A stretch of DNA of 64,000 nt from Candidatus Alcyoniella australis (GTDB lineage: Bacteria > Lernaellota > Lernaellaia > JAVCCG01 > Alcyoniellaceae), in contig JAVCCG010000095.1 in the NCBI GenBank assembly GCA_030765605.1, positions 7,489 to 71,488 of the forward strand, in the 5' to 3' direction. Each line of letters starts with the position of its first letter. Within the stretch, counting starts at the first letter, position 1. The notes beneath the pieces are model-generated. The model had not been told where the DNA came from, made no database searches, and saw only the letters and a list, made by a program, of their open reading frames with translations. A program made the position numbers and the translations under genes. Shown here one piece after another: positions 1 to 10,290 of this stretch.

Positions 1-709
1 GGATACGGTCTTTATCTCCAACCGCAAGCAGGTGATCGCGCCCAAGAGCCTCAACCAGAAGCTCTACATCAACGCCCTACGCGAGTACGACCTGGTGATC
101 TCCATCGGCCCGGCGGGCACGGGCAAGACCTATCTGGCGATGGCCCAGGCCGTGGCCGCGCTCAATAGGGGCGAGGTCGACCGGATCATCCTCACCCGTC
201 CGGCGGTGGAGGCCGGCGAGCGGCTGGGGTTTTTACCCGGGACGATGCTCGATAAAATAAACCCCTACCTGCGCCCGCTGTACGATGCGCTGCACGAGAT
301 GATGAGCATCGAGAAGGTCCAACGGATGATCGATCGCGGAACGATCGAGGTCGCGCCGCTGGCGTTTATGCGCGGACGCACGCTTAACGACAGCTTCGTG
401 ATCCTCGACGAGGGGCAGAACACCACCAGCGAGCAGATGAAGATGTTCCTCACGCGCCTGGGCTTCGGCTCCAAGGCCGTGGTTACCGGCGATATCACGC
501 AGATCGACCTGCCCAACGGCACGACCTCGGGCCTGGTCCAGATCCAACATGTGCTGGCCGAAGTTTCCGGGTTGAAGTTCGTCTATCTCAACGAGACCGA
601 CGTGGTGCGTCATCGCCTGGTAATGGACATTGTCAAGGCCTATGATGCCTACTTGCGCCGCCTGTCGGTGCAACAGAGCCCCGATCAGCAGGAAGAGGAG
701 TCGGGCTGA
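1..709 (+). CDS. phoH: PhoH-like ATPase, 5'-truncated by the window edge
   Basis: Walker A motif [11 protein letters not shown]; the frame is open from position 2 ([11 protein letters not shown]...); the synteny phoH - 7TM-HD - ybeY - corC is typical. Confidence 0.85.
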   Translation, partial: DTVFISNRKQVIAPKSLNQKLYINALREYDLVISIGPAGTGKTYLAMAQAVAALNRGEVDRIILTRPAVEAGERLGFLPGTMLDKINPYLRPLYDALHEMMSIEKVQRMIDRGTIEVAPLAFMRGRTLNDSFVILDEGQNTTSEQMKMFLTRLGFGSKAVVTGDITQIDLPNGTTSGLVQIQHVLAEVSGLKFVYLNETDVVRHRLVMDIVKAYDAYLRRLSVQQSPDQQEEESG

Positions 710-3174
710 TGCCGCCGCGCAGGATCAGACCTTTCAGAGCCGACGTCAAATCGCGCCGCCAGTCACGCAAGGCCGAGAAGGGCCTGCGGCGGCTGTGGGC
801 CAAGTTGCGCGACGTTACCCCCGGCGACAACTCGCTGAGCGCCTCGACTTGGCTGGTCGGCCTCGGGCTGTCGATCTACATCGCCTTGTTTCTGGCTCCC
901 TCCACCTCGGTTACCGTGGACCTCTACGAGATCGGCCAGTACACAACGCGGGCGATCAAGGCGCCGATGCCCTTCAGCGTCGAGGATGACAAGGCCACCT
1001 CGGCCAAGCGCGAACAGGCGCGCTACGCGGTGCTGCCGGTCTACGACTTCGATCGCAATCTGGTGCAGCAGACCCGCACCAAGGTCGACCGCGCCTTTGT
1101 CCAGATGCGTGAATTTTTCGCGCAGTACGCCCCGACGCCGGTCGTGCCGCAACCCGGGGCCACGCCGGGGGCGACTCCGACCCCCGTGCCCCAGCCGCGC
1201 AAGATCCCGCCCGAGCTGCTGGCCGAGCACTACCAGCAGTTCAACCGCCAGTTGGGGGCCGTGCTTGACGACGATCAGCTCGAGATCCTGCGCAAGGCCG
1301 GGTTTTCCGCCGAGCTGCAGCAGGCGATCGACAAGCTGATCTCCGAATCGTACCTGGGCTACATCGTCTCGGACCGCAACTTCTTCGATCAGACGCTGCT
1401 CGACGTCAGCCGACAGGCCTTCAGTCGGCGCGAGGTCGAGTCGGGCAAGGAAAAGGAGATCTCCGACTTCAGCTCGGTGCTGGCGGTCGAGGAGGTCAAG
1501 GAGGGCGTCCAGGGGCGGGTCAAGCAAGAGATACCCGACGCCTCACGCAGGCTGCGCGAGACGATCGGCGCGTTGGTCGTTGCGCTGATCGAGCCCAACC
1601 TGACCTTTGCCAAGGCTGAAACCCAAACCCGCAAGAGCGAGGCTGCGCGCAAGATCGCCCCGGTGGTCGCCAAGTACGAGAAGAATCAGCTGATCATCGG
1701 CGAGGGCGAGCTGGTGACCGAGGAGACGCTGCTGGTGCTCGAGGCGCTGGAGGCCTCCGGCCCGCAGTCGAGCTTCGGGCTGGTGTTCGTCGGCATCGCC
1801 TCGGTTTTCTTCATCCTGTTTACCGTGTTGTTCGGCTTCGTCAAGAACAACGTGCGCAAGTTCCGTCATGGCAACCGCGACATACTGTTCCTCGCCGCGC
1901 TGACCATGGGACTGACGCTGATCCTCTGGATCGGCATCGCCATTGCCGAGTCGATCACCGAGACCGGCGGCACGATGCCGATGGCCTTTTTCCTGATGGC
2001 GATTCCCGTGGCAATGGCGCCGATGCTGGTGCGGCTGATTCTCAACTCCGAGACCGCGCTGGCCTATATGCCGGTGGCCGCGATGCTCGCCGGGATGATG
2101 GCCGACAACTCGTTGTACTTCGGGATGTACGTCCTGGTCTGCTCGTTCGCCGGCGCCTGGGCCGTGGGCAAGGTCAGCCAGCGGCTCGACGCGCTCAAGG
2201 CCGGGCTGCTGGTGAGCATCACCGGCATGCTGCTGGTGCTCTCGACCTCGTTCCTCTCGACGGTGCAGGGCATGCAGTTCTGGAAGCAGCTGGGATTCGA
2301 GTCCGCGGGTGCGGTGCTCGGCGGCGTCCTGTGCGCGCTGACCGTGCTGGCGCTCTCGCCGGTAATCGAGTGGATCTTCGGCTACACCACCGACATCAAA
2401 TTGATGGAGCTGGCCAACCTCAACCACCCGCTGCTCAAGGAGATGATCCTCAAGGCGCCGGGCACCTACAACCACTCGATTTTGGTCAGCACCCTGGCCG
2501 AGACCGCGGCCGAGAGCATCAACGCCAACCCGCTGCTGGCCAAGGTCGCGGCGCTGTATCACGACATCGGCAAAATCAGCAAACCGCACTACTTCATCGA
2601 GAATCAGCGCGGCGGAGAGAACCCGCACGACAAGCTTTATCCGATGATGAGCGGGCTGATTTTGGTCAACCACGTGCGCGAGGGCGTGGAGCTGGCGCGC
2701 GATTTCAACCTCGGCGACGCGGTGGCGCAGATCGTCGAGCAGCACCACGGCAAGGGGCTGATCCGCTTCTTCTACGAGCGCGCCCGGGAGCGGACCGACC
2801 CGCAAATGGAGCAGCTGCACGAGGAGGACTTCCGCTACCCGGGTCCCAAGCCGCGCTCGCGCGAGGCCGCGCTGGTGATGCTCGCCGACCAGGTCGAGGC
2901 GGTCAGTCGAGTGCTCAAGGCGCCGGCCCCGTCGCGCATTCGCAACCTGGTCAGCGAACACATCAACCGCGTGTCCGCCGAGGGGCAGCTGGACGAGTCC
3001 GACCTGACGCTGCGCGATCTGCACAAGATCGCCGAGTCGTTTTCGCACGTGCTGATCGGCATCTTCCATCAGCGCATCGAGTACCCCGACGACGAACGCG
3101 AGGAGAACGCACCTGAGCGCGAAAGCCAATCGGATACTGATCCGCGGCCCCCGAACAAAAGCCACCAGAGCTGA
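709..3174 (+). CDS. 7TM receptor with intracellular HD phosphohydrolase domain (YqfF-like membrane HD protein)
   Basis: Multiple TM segments are followed by an HD motif (LYHDIGK ... HHGKG). Its ATG overlaps the phoH stop (TGATG). It sits in the conserved position before ybeY. Confidence 0.8.
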   Translation: MPPRRIRPFRADVKSRRQSRKAEKGLRRLWAKLRDVTPGDNSLSASTWLVGLGLSIYIALFLAPSTSVTVDLYEIGQYTTRAIKAPMPFSVEDDKATSAKREQARYAVLPVYDFDRNLVQQTRTKVDRAFVQMREFFAQYAPTPVVPQPGATPGATPTPVPQPRKIPPELLAEHYQQFNRQLGAVLDDDQLEILRKAGFSAELQQAIDKLISESYLGYIVSDRNFFDQTLLDVSRQAFSRREVESGKEKEISDFSSVLAVEEVKEGVQGRVKQEIPDASRRLRETIGALVVALIEPNLTFAKAETQTRKSEAARKIAPVVAKYEKNQLIIGEGELVTEETLLVLEALEASGPQSSFGLVFVGIASVFFILFTVLFGFVKNNVRKFRHGNRDILFLAALTMGLTLILWIGIAIAESITETGGTMPMAFFLMAIPVAMAPMLVRLILNSETALAYMPVAAMLAGMMADNSLYFGMYVLVCSFAGAWAVGKVSQRLDALKAGLLVSITGMLLVLSTSFLSTVQGMQFWKQLGFESAGAVLGGVLCALTVLALSPVIEWIFGYTTDIKLMELANLNHPLLKEMILKAPGTYNHSILVSTLAETAAESINANPLLAKVAALYHDIGKISKPHYFIENQRGGENPHDKLYPMMSGLILVNHVREGVELARDFNLGDAVAQIVEQHHGKGLIRFFYERARERTDPQMEQLHEEDFRYPGPKPRSREAALVMLADQVEAVSRVLKAPAPSRIRNLVSEHINRVSAEGQLDESDLTLRDLHKIAESFSHVLIGIFHQRIEYPDDEREENAPERESQSDTDPRPPNKSHQS

Positions 3175-3202
3175 GATACGCGAATTCTGCGACGCGTGCC
3201 TG

Positions 3203-3574
3203 GTGGCGCAGGAGGTGCGCGGGACCGAGCTGAGCGTACTGTTGTGCGACGACCGCGAGATCCACAGACTCAACTTTGAATATCGCGGGGTGGACAAAGC
3301 CACCGACGTGTTGTCCTTCAGCATGCTCGAGGGCGAGGATGCGCTTGAGGGCGAGCTGCTGGGCGACGTGGTGATCAGCCTCGAACGTTGCGCGGCCCAG
3401 GCCCGCAGCTTGGGCGTGGGATATCGCGAGGAGCTGGCGCGGCTGCTGGCCCACGGAATCTGCCATCTGCTGGGGATGGATCACGTCCACGGCGGCTTGC
3501 AGGCGCGCAAGATGCGCCGCGTCGAGGAGCACCTGGCGCAGCTGAGCGCGGCGCTGCTGGATCGGGAGGAATAG
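3203..3574 (+). CDS. ybeY: Endoribonuclease YbeY (rRNA maturation factor)
   Basis: Metal-binding motif HGICHLLGMDH and the VLSFSM region; GTG start. The product is shorter than typical YbeY, so the true start may be non-canonical or further upstream. Confidence 0.8.
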   Translation: MAQEVRGTELSVLLCDDREIHRLNFEYRGVDKATDVLSFSMLEGEDALEGELLGDVVISLERCAAQARSLGVGYREELARLLAHGICHLLGMDHVHGGLQARKMRRVEEHLAQLSAALLDREE

Positions 3575-4417
3575 TTGGCCGACGAAGACGACAGTTTCAT
3601 CGTACGCTTCAGGCGGCTGATCAAGGGGCGCATGCCCGACCAGGGCGACGCGCAGCAACAAATCGAGCGCTTGCTCGAACAGGTCGAGGAACAGGGCCTG
3701 ATCAGCCCCAGCGAGAACGACCTGCTCAGCTCGGTGCTCGACTTCAGCGATACGCGGGTGGCCGAGATCATGGTGCCGCGGCCGGAGATCACCGGCGTGA
3801 GCCTCGACGAGCCGCTGAGCAACGCGATCCGCAGCTTGATCGAGTCCGGGCACACGCGGCTGCCCGCCTTTCGCGACGACCTGGACCACATCGAGGGCCT
3901 GCTTTACGCCAAGGACCTGCTGCGCTGCTGGGGACGTAGCGACGACGAGGTCGAGCTCGAACTGCTGCTGCGCGAGCCGTACTTCATCCCCGAGTCCAAG
4001 CGCATTGAGGAACTGCTGCGCGAGTTCCAGAAGCAGCGGCTGCACATCGCGATCGTCATCGACGAGTACGGCGGCACCGCCGGCCTGGTGACCCTCGAGG
4101 ACATCATCGAGGAGGTCTTCGGCGAGATCGAGGACGAGTACGACGATTCGGAGAACGAGCCGCAACGCACTGCCGACGGCTGGGTCGTGGTCAACCCGCG
4201 CTTCGAGCTGGGCGAGCTGGACCAACTGTTCCCCGACGTCGAGCATCCCCAAGGCGACTTCACCACCCTGGGCGGTTGGATCCTCGAGGTCACCGGACGC
4301 ATTCCGGACAAGGGCGAGAGCGTGCGCCTCGGCCCGTTGAGGGCTGTGGTCTTGGAGTCGGACGAAAAACGTATTATAAAGATCAAGATTAAACCCGATC
4401 TTTCCGGCGATAAGTAG
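3575..4417 (+). CDS. corC: CBS-pair + CorC/HlyC transporter-associated domain protein (CorC-like)
   Basis: TTG start. CBS domains followed by a C-terminal CorC_HlyC-like region. Canonical gene following ybeY. Confidence 0.8.
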   Translation: MADEDDSFIVRFRRLIKGRMPDQGDAQQQIERLLEQVEEQGLISPSENDLLSSVLDFSDTRVAEIMVPRPEITGVSLDEPLSNAIRSLIESGHTRLPAFRDDLDHIEGLLYAKDLLRCWGRSDDEVELELLLREPYFIPESKRIEELLREFQKQRLHIAIVIDEYGGTAGLVTLEDIIEEVFGEIEDEYDDSENEPQRTADGWVVVNPRFELGELDQLFPDVEHPQGDFTTLGGWILEVTGRIPDKGESVRLGPLRAVVLESDEKRIIKIKIKPDLSGDK

Positions 4418-4425
4418 GAGGAACG

Positions 4426-5649
4426 ATGAAACGGTCGACCGCGCTGATGGCGCTGACATTGGCAATTTTGCTCACTCTGTTCGTGGCGGCCTGCGAGATT
4501 GAAGACGACGAAGACGCCCAGCCCCCCGATGATCAAGGGGGCGACGACGTCGAAGACCCGCGCGGCGAGTACTTCGATCCCTCCCAGACCGGTCCCTATC
4601 CGATCGGCCACCGCACGCTGTACTTCGAGAATCCCGACGACACCGACATGCTGGGCAACCCGCGGCAGCTCTGCGTCGAGTTCTGGTACCCCACGGACGA
4701 GGCCTATCGCGACGCCGAGCAGGATCGGCTGGGCGAGTTCTTCGGCGAATGGGAAGAGATGGTGCGCTCGATCCTCAGCCTGCTGGTATCACCCGAGGAG
4801 CTGGACAACTTCGATCTGCCCACCGGCGCGGTGCGCGACGCGCCGCCGCGCGCCGAGCTCGACGAGCTGCCGATCATCATCTTCAGCCACGGCAACTCCG
4901 GCGTACGCTCGCAGAACTACACGATGTGCAACCACCTGGCGAGCCACGGCTACCTGGTGATCGCGCCGGATCACACGGGCAACGCGCTGTTCGCGCCGTT
5001 CCCCGGCTCGTACGTGATCTACAACATCTTGGGAATGCCCGCGTCGATCTGTCAGCGCCAGCGCGACTTCTCGTTCCTGCTCGACCAGTGCTACAAGATG
5101 AACGAGGAACCCGGCGGATTGTTCGAGGGACGGCTCGATCCCGAGCGCGTGGGCCTGGTCGGCCACAGCTTTGGCGGGCTGACCGCGGTCGAGGCGGCTA
5201 AAAAGGACACGCGCTTTCGTGCGGCGGTCGATCTGTGCTGCTACTTGATTCCCAGCTACCCGCAGAACTACCAGACAGCAACCATGTTCTGGCTCTCGCG
5301 TGAGGACAACACGATGTTCGACACCGACGAGCTGATCATGCTCGGCTACGAGACCGCGCCCGCGCCCAAGGTGATGCTCGAGGTGCTGCGCGGCGGTCAC
5401 TACTCGCCCACAGACGCCTGCTCGTTCATCCCCAGCCTGATGGGCGAGGGCGACGGCTGCGGCATGGGCGAATACGACGAGACCGGCGATCCGTTCGAGT
5501 TCCTGCCGCCGGATCAGGCCAAGTTCCTGCTCAACACCTACCTCGCGTCGTTTTTCGGGGTCTACGTCAAGTACGACCTGCGCTACGTGGACGACCTGAT
5601 CAACGAGTGGATGCCCGAGGAGGCGCGGCTCAAGTTCGACCTGGGGTAG
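4426..5649 (+). CDS. Secreted lipoprotein alpha/beta-hydrolase of the PAF-acetylhydrolase-like lipase family
   Basis: Signal peptide with lipobox (LFVAAC) followed by an acidic tract. IIIFSHGNSG...LASHGYLVIAPDHTGN and the nucleophile elbow GHSFGG match the PAF-AH family. Confidence 0.7.
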   Translation: MKRSTALMALTLAILLTLFVAACEIEDDEDAQPPDDQGGDDVEDPRGEYFDPSQTGPYPIGHRTLYFENPDDTDMLGNPRQLCVEFWYPTDEAYRDAEQDRLGEFFGEWEEMVRSILSLLVSPEELDNFDLPTGAVRDAPPRAELDELPIIIFSHGNSGVRSQNYTMCNHLASHGYLVIAPDHTGNALFAPFPGSYVIYNILGMPASICQRQRDFSFLLDQCYKMNEEPGGLFEGRLDPERVGLVGHSFGGLTAVEAAKKDTRFRAAVDLCCYLIPSYPQNYQTATMFWLSREDNTMFDTDELIMLGYETAPAPKVMLEVLRGGHYSPTDACSFIPSLMGEGDGCGMGEYDETGDPFEFLPPDQAKFLLNTYLASFFGVYVKYDLRYVDDLINEWMPEEARLKFDLG

Positions 5650-5839
5650 GCCCGCAAAGCTCGGCGCGCCGGATCAATGCTGTGAAAGCGCTTCGACGCG
5701 CCGTGCTTGCCTTTTACATCAAAGATTGGTCCGCGCAGTGGCCGGGCGCTGATGGCCCGGGTTATCTTGATGGATGGAATCGTGCTGTGCGCTAGGCTGC
5801 GTTGCTGTGGGCCGGGGGCTTACGGACGATTGCGGGAGA

Positions 5840-6412
5840 TCAGTCCCAGTCGGCGCTGGAGATCCAGGCCGGCATCTTGCAAATCTTGCCGTTGTTGGTG
5901 TGGCCGTTGCGGGACTTGCGCGACATGTTGCAATACGGCCAGCTCGATGGGTTTTTAACCAGGCCGTGCTTGACCGGATTCCAGAAGACGTACTCGATGT
6001 GCTTGGCCAGGTCCGCGTCGTCGCAGATCAGGTGGTTGCAGTAGCGCCGCCGCCAGATCGTCGACTGTCGCACCCTGCTTGAGTCCGGGCTGTCTTTGCC
6101 CAGGTCGAGGTTGCGGCCGTAGGTTTTGGCGAACGCGGTCTGGATCGCCTGCACTCGCAGGTTGAGCACGTCGTCGTCTTGGGGCAGGGTCAAGATCAGG
6201 TGCAGGTGGTCGGGCATGGTGACCAGAGCCTCGACCTCGAAGGGGTAACGGCTCTGTACCTTGCGGATGCATTCCCTGAGACTCTGCACGGCTTTCTTTT
6301 CTTGAAAGACCGGGTGCTTGTCCTGGATTTTAATCGTGATAAAGTGTGTATCGCCACCCATCTTGGGGCGGCGGCGATTGCGGTTGGTTGAGCTTGAGGT
6401 GTTCGTGGCCAT
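5840..6412 (-). CDS. REP-associated tyrosine transposase (RAYT; IS200/IS605-like Y1 transposase family)
   Basis: HuH motif HLHLIL; WRRRYCNH...HIEYVFWNPVKHGLV...WPYCN matches the RAYT signature (Y..NPVK.GLV); it lies in a lower-GC patch. Confidence 0.8.
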   Translation of the reverse strand: MATNTSSSTNRNRRRPKMGGDTHFITIKIQDKHPVFQEKKAVQSLRECIRKVQSRYPFEVEALVTMPDHLHLILTLPQDDDVLNLRVQAIQTAFAKTYGRNLDLGKDSPDSSRVRQSTIWRRRYCNHLICDDADLAKHIEYVFWNPVKHGLVKNPSSWPYCNMSRKSRNGHTNNGKICKMPAWISSADWD

Positions 6413-6559
6413 TATCCGACATTCACTCCATACATATAATAGCGGCCCTTCAATTACGAAGCGCCAGTCCCTGCGGGGACGCGTATTCTAACACATCTGA
6501 TATATATTGTACAACCCGGCGCTGCAAATGGGCATTTCCCATAAAGATCAATTAGATAC

Positions 6560-8179
6560 ATGCCGCAACGCGTCAGGAGGCGGAGCGCGTTGAGTAGTAC
6601 CGTGCGCCGTGCCCTGATCGATCTGCGCGGCAGCTGGGCGATGCTGCTCGGATGCGCGTTGCTCGCTTTGGCGCTGCCTACGCAGTTTGACCACAACCAG
6701 GGTCTGCGGATGCTCGGAGCGCTGAGCATGGCGCGCAACATCTTCTGGTTCGCCCTGACCCTTTTGGCCGTGAACCTGATGTTGCCCGGAAAGCCACGGG
6801 CCAAATTAACCAAATTATCCATTGTGTTACAGATCGCGATCCTGGCCGGGATTCCATTGTGGCTGTGGACCGCAATTCGAAATTTGGTTTTGCAATCCAA
6901 CGGGTTGGTTGCCGACGAGCTGGCCCGGAGATGGATTGTGCTCAACATACTGGGAATGACGGCGATCAGCCTCAATGTGAAGCGTAACGGCCCGCTGGAT
7001 CGTGTGATGCGCGTGCCGTTGCTCGGCGATCTACTGCTGCCGGCGGCCGCTTGGGCCTCGTCGTGGCGCAGGTACTATCCCACCGGCGCTCTGCCGCGGC
7101 AGCACCGCCTGGCGCCGCTGATCCCAGTGGTTCTGTTCGCGGGGATGCTGACCCTGCTGGGCATGAGCCGTGCGCCGTGGCGGCCCGAGGCCTATCAACT
7201 GCGCGAACGCATCCTTTGGGAGCGCGAGTGCTACGGGCTGGCATTGGACTCCGAGCAGCGCATTGCCATGGCCACCAGTCAAGAGGGACGTGTGATGCTC
7301 GTCGACACCTCGGAGGGCACGCTGACCGGCGAGGTCGAGCTGGGGATCGACGTGGACCTCACCGGCGTGAGCTACGATTCATCGCGCGGCCTGCTCTACG
7401 CCGTTGCCGCAGACGGCAGAGCCTTTACCGTTGATCCGCGCCTTGGCGAGGCGCAGTTGCTGGGTACGCTCGAAGATGAGCAGGTCGGCTTTGTTGTCGC
7501 GGGCTGCACCGACCATAGCTCGATGCTGCTCTCCTATGGCAACCAGGGCCGCATCGATCGTCTCGATCTCTTTGGACTGCGCATCGAACGCAGCTCAACA
7601 GCGGCGAAGCCCAATTCGCGCGACTCGCTGTTCGACCTGCTGTGCATTGAATCGCGCGGGTTGCTCTACGCTTTGAGCCTGCAAGGGACGCTCGACGAGC
7701 TCAAGCTGGAGACCCTCGATTTCGAGCGCCGGGTGGGTGTGCCCGGAAACAGTGCGGGCCTGGCCTACGATCCGCAGACAGACCGCCTGCTGGTGGCCGC
7801 GCCCACCCAGGCCCAAGTGCTGCTGATCGATCGCAAGACCCTGGAGCCCGCGGGATCGATCCAGACCCTGGTCGGCTGCCGAGCCCTGGCCGTGGAACCC
7901 GAGCAGCGGCTGTTGTTCGTGGCCGGGTTCGCGCCCTACCTGGAGATTTTCGATCTGGACACACTCGAGCCCCTTGACCGCGTTTTGTGCCCGCCGTGGG
8001 TCAGAAAGATCGTGGTCGATCCGCAATCGCGCCTGGCGTTGATGACCGACAAGCACATCGGGCTGACCTTTTACCGCTACGGCCCGGCGGTCCGGCGCGG
8101 ACGCGGCCCGCTGGGCGCGTTCGACGATCCGTTTTTCCCTTTGGCGCGGGCCGTGGGATTGAGATTACTCAAACAATAA
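6560..8179 (+). CDS. Hypothetical membrane protein with an N-terminal polytopic TM domain fused to a C-terminal beta-propeller-like repeat region
   Basis: About 6 hydrophobic helices at the N-terminus. The C-terminal half has YVTN/NHL-like repeats (LLYAVAADGRAFTVD, GLAYDPQTDRLLVAA). No known homolog was recognised. Confidence 0.5.
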   Translation: MPQRVRRRSALSSTVRRALIDLRGSWAMLLGCALLALALPTQFDHNQGLRMLGALSMARNIFWFALTLLAVNLMLPGKPRAKLTKLSIVLQIAILAGIPLWLWTAIRNLVLQSNGLVADELARRWIVLNILGMTAISLNVKRNGPLDRVMRVPLLGDLLLPAAAWASSWRRYYPTGALPRQHRLAPLIPVVLFAGMLTLLGMSRAPWRPEAYQLRERILWERECYGLALDSEQRIAMATSQEGRVMLVDTSEGTLTGEVELGIDVDLTGVSYDSSRGLLYAVAADGRAFTVDPRLGEAQLLGTLEDEQVGFVVAGCTDHSSMLLSYGNQGRIDRLDLFGLRIERSSTAAKPNSRDSLFDLLCIESRGLLYALSLQGTLDELKLETLDFERRVGVPGNSAGLAYDPQTDRLLVAAPTQAQVLLIDRKTLEPAGSIQTLVGCRALAVEPEQRLLFVAGFAPYLEIFDLDTLEPLDRVLCPPWVRKIVVDPQSRLALMTDKHIGLTFYRYGPAVRRGRGPLGAFDDPFFPLARAVGLRLLKQ

Positions 8180-8210
8180 AAAACGGCGGCCAGCAGGCCG
8201 CCGTTGTAAA
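8178..8210. terminator. Rho-independent terminator between convergent genes (stronger on the minus strand)
   Basis: AACGGCGGCC-agca-GGCCGCCGTT stem-loop. It is followed by a T-run on the minus strand (GCCGCCGTTTTTTATTG) and preceded by an A-run on the plus strand. Confidence 0.65.
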
Positions 8211-8231
8211 AAGCTCTAATCGTGCTGCCGT

Positions 8232-9314
8232 CTATTTAACCTCTGGCAGCTGCTGGTCGAACGAGCAGTCCGACTCAATCCCTTGCTCCTCGATTGTCTC
8301 CTCGTTGCCGTTGGCGAGCACGACCATTTCCAGCCAGTAGTCGCGCAGAAAGTCGTTGCCCCAGCACTCGGCGAGCACATAGCTGGCAATAGTCGATCCA
8401 CCGACCTCGATGTCGGGCAGGTCGCCGTCAGTGACCAACACATCCGAGCGTCCGCGGCCGTCGCCGTACCAGCGGGTGTTGAACCAGAAGTGCTCGCGCT
8501 GGTCGTACTGTTCGCCGTGGTACTGCTCGTAATGCATGTCGGCCAGCACGTCGAAGGTGAACTCGCCGCTGTCGTCCGCGCGATTGTGATACGAGTACAG
8601 GCCGTCGACCAGATCCTGGTAATCGTCGTCGTCGGGCTTGAATCCCACGTATTCGACGTCGATTGCGCGGCCGTCGTTGATCGTGTCGTAGGTCACGATC
8701 ACTTGCCCCTCCTCGACCATCCACAGTTCGATCGAGCGCGCGGCGTCGAAGTCCACGCTGTAGCTGCCCACGCCGCGTCGCGCGGTCTGGGCGTCCGAGA
8801 CGTCGACGTGCCCGGACCAGACGTTGCCCCACGGGTCCTCGCTGCCGCGGCTACGCCCCTGCAGCACGTACTCGTAATAGCCCTGGGAACCGCGGGTCAT
8901 CACGAAGCGGTATTCGCCGCCGTACAGTCCGCCGGCGTTCCACGGGCCCCAGGTGTAGGCGTCGTCTTGCTCGTCATAGTTCGAGGGCGGGTAGGAGGTG
9001 ATCTCGTCGATCCATGAGAGGAACATCAACGCGTGCTCGTTGACGTCGGTGGTGAAGTTCACGGTGTCCCGGTAGAGCTGCGCCAACTCGCCCAGATCTT
9101 TTGCATCGCTTTCAGGCAGGCTCAACCTTAGGTTCAGCGGATCGGGCAGCGCGTCGAGGAAGTCGTCCAGCCCGCCGCCGTCGTCGTCGTCGTCGAACCA
9201 GTCGTCGTCGTCGTCATCGTCCTCGTCGCTGCCCGAGCAGGCGGCCAGGCCGATTGCCAACGCCAGCACGGTGCACAAGGCGATAAACATCAGTGGCCTT
9301 AGTTTTTCGGTCAT
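8232..9314 (-). CDS. Hypothetical acidic lipoprotein
   Basis: Signal peptide with lipobox (LAACSGS) followed by DEDDDDDDDWFDDDDDGGG. The mature protein is rich in Y/W/D. No homolog was recognised. Confidence 0.5.
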   Translation of the reverse strand: MTEKLRPLMFIALCTVLALAIGLAACSGSDEDDDDDDDWFDDDDDGGGLDDFLDALPDPLNLRLSLPESDAKDLGELAQLYRDTVNFTTDVNEHALMFLSWIDEITSYPPSNYDEQDDAYTWGPWNAGGLYGGEYRFVMTRGSQGYYEYVLQGRSRGSEDPWGNVWSGHVDVSDAQTARRGVGSYSVDFDAARSIELWMVEEGQVIVTYDTINDGRAIDVEYVGFKPDDDDYQDLVDGLYSYHNRADDSGEFTFDVLADMHYEQYHGEQYDQREHFWFNTRWYGDGRGRSDVLVTDGDLPDIEVGGSTIASYVLAECWGNDFLRDYWLEMVVLANGNEETIEEQGIESDCSFDQQLPEVK

Positions 9315-9368
9315 TGTTTCGATCCTCCCTGTCTGTATGCCGTTTGGACACCACGGCCCAGGGTTGGG

Positions 9369-9587
9369 TTAAGTCCAGCGGTCCGGTTTTTCCCGGCGGC
9401 TCCGCCGGTGCTCCAGGTAGACGTTGAGAAACGTATACAGGTTGAGCACGATCGCCACGCCGACGATGATCCGAAACAGCGGCTGCTGGAAATGAAAAAA
9501 GAAGAAGATCAGCGCGCAGAACATCACGATGTTGAACGCCAGATTCAGCCCCGCTGCTCCGCGTTGTCGCATATCGTTAGTCGGCAT
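9369..9587 (-). CDS. Small hypothetical membrane protein (72 aa, two predicted TM helices)
   Basis: Hydrophobic stretches LAFNIVMFCALIFFFF and IIVGVAIVLNLYTFL. The call rests on ORF length and location only. Confidence 0.3.
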   Translation of the reverse strand: MPTNDMRQRGAAGLNLAFNIVMFCALIFFFFHFQQPLFRIIVGVAIVLNLYTFLNVYLEHRRSRREKPDRWT

Positions 9588-9599
9588 CGCGCAATCTCG

Positions 9600-10070
9600 T
9601 CAGTGCATCAGGCCGAACAGCTCGTCGATCTGCCATTGGTTCGCCTGTTTGATCATTCGTACCTGCTTGCCGTTGATCAGCACCAGCGCCTCGCGATCGG
9701 CCGAGGAGACGATGCTCACCTCGGGGCGGCCGTTGCCCGGGCTGGGCCCGGCGGGCAGCACCGCGACCTGAAAGGCGTAGGCCTGTTTGAGCATGCCGCT
9801 CAGGGCCTTGATCTCGTAAACGTACTCTTCGCCCGCGATTTGCAGGTAGTTGTTCTCGAAATAGCTGCGGGCCTGCGGGCTGAAGCAGTTGATCAACTTG
9901 CCGTAGGCCATGCCATCCACGCTGTGTTCGAGGAAATAGGCGTTGCTGATGTAGTAGGCGGCCGTGGACTGCGGCGTGGCCAACTCGGGGTTGTCGTGGT
10001 TGCCGCAGCCGCTACATGCCAGAATCATAATACCGGCGATCAGCGCCGCTCGTGCTATTGCGATCATCAA
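9600..10070 (-). CDS. Hypothetical lipoprotein
   Basis: Signal peptide with lipobox (ILACSGC); 156 aa; no recognised domain. Confidence 0.45.
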   Translation of the reverse strand: MMIAIARAALIAGIMILACSGCGNHDNPELATPQSTAAYYISNAYFLEHSVDGMAYGKLINCFSPQARSYFENNYLQIAGEEYVYEIKALSGMLKQAYAFQVAVLPAGPSPGNGRPEVSIVSSADREALVLINGKQVRMIKQANQWQIDELFGLMH

Positions 10071-10105
10071 TACCTCGATGGATAAATCCTAGCACAGATT
10101 TTATG

Positions 10106-10290
10106 GGGGAGATAAAGATCGATAAATCGATCTTTGTGTGTAGGCTCGCCGAGGGCACCTTTGAGGTGCCCGCAAAACTCGCGCAGTACGACCATCATTG
10201 TTCAACGCCAAGCCCCGCGTCGCGGAGAGCATTATTGAGTCATAAAACAGGTGACGCTCGCGAGTATCGTGCCGGCTCCAAGCCGGCAGC
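10106..10290. repeat. BIME/REP-like mosaic repeat, copy A (AAAGATCGA-N4-TCGATCTTT palindrome + GGGCACC..GGTGCCC hairpin + GCCGGCT..AGCCGGC hairpin)
   Basis: Shares a ~180-bp backbone with 55249-55426, with the two hairpin modules in swapped positions. More GCSGGCT-nnn-AGCCSGC hairpins lie at 10804-10820 and 10870-10884. Confidence 0.55.

Noticed and set aside
1543-3324. Long antisense or out-of-frame ORFs such as 1543-3324(-), 2963-4465(-), 17612-19792(-), 24523-25833(-), 33615-35708(+), 40117-41331(+) and 60218-61687(-)
   Set aside because: They overlap genes with unambiguous homology on the other strand, and their products are Arg/Ala/Gly/Pro-rich, as expected for spurious open frames in ~68% GC DNA.
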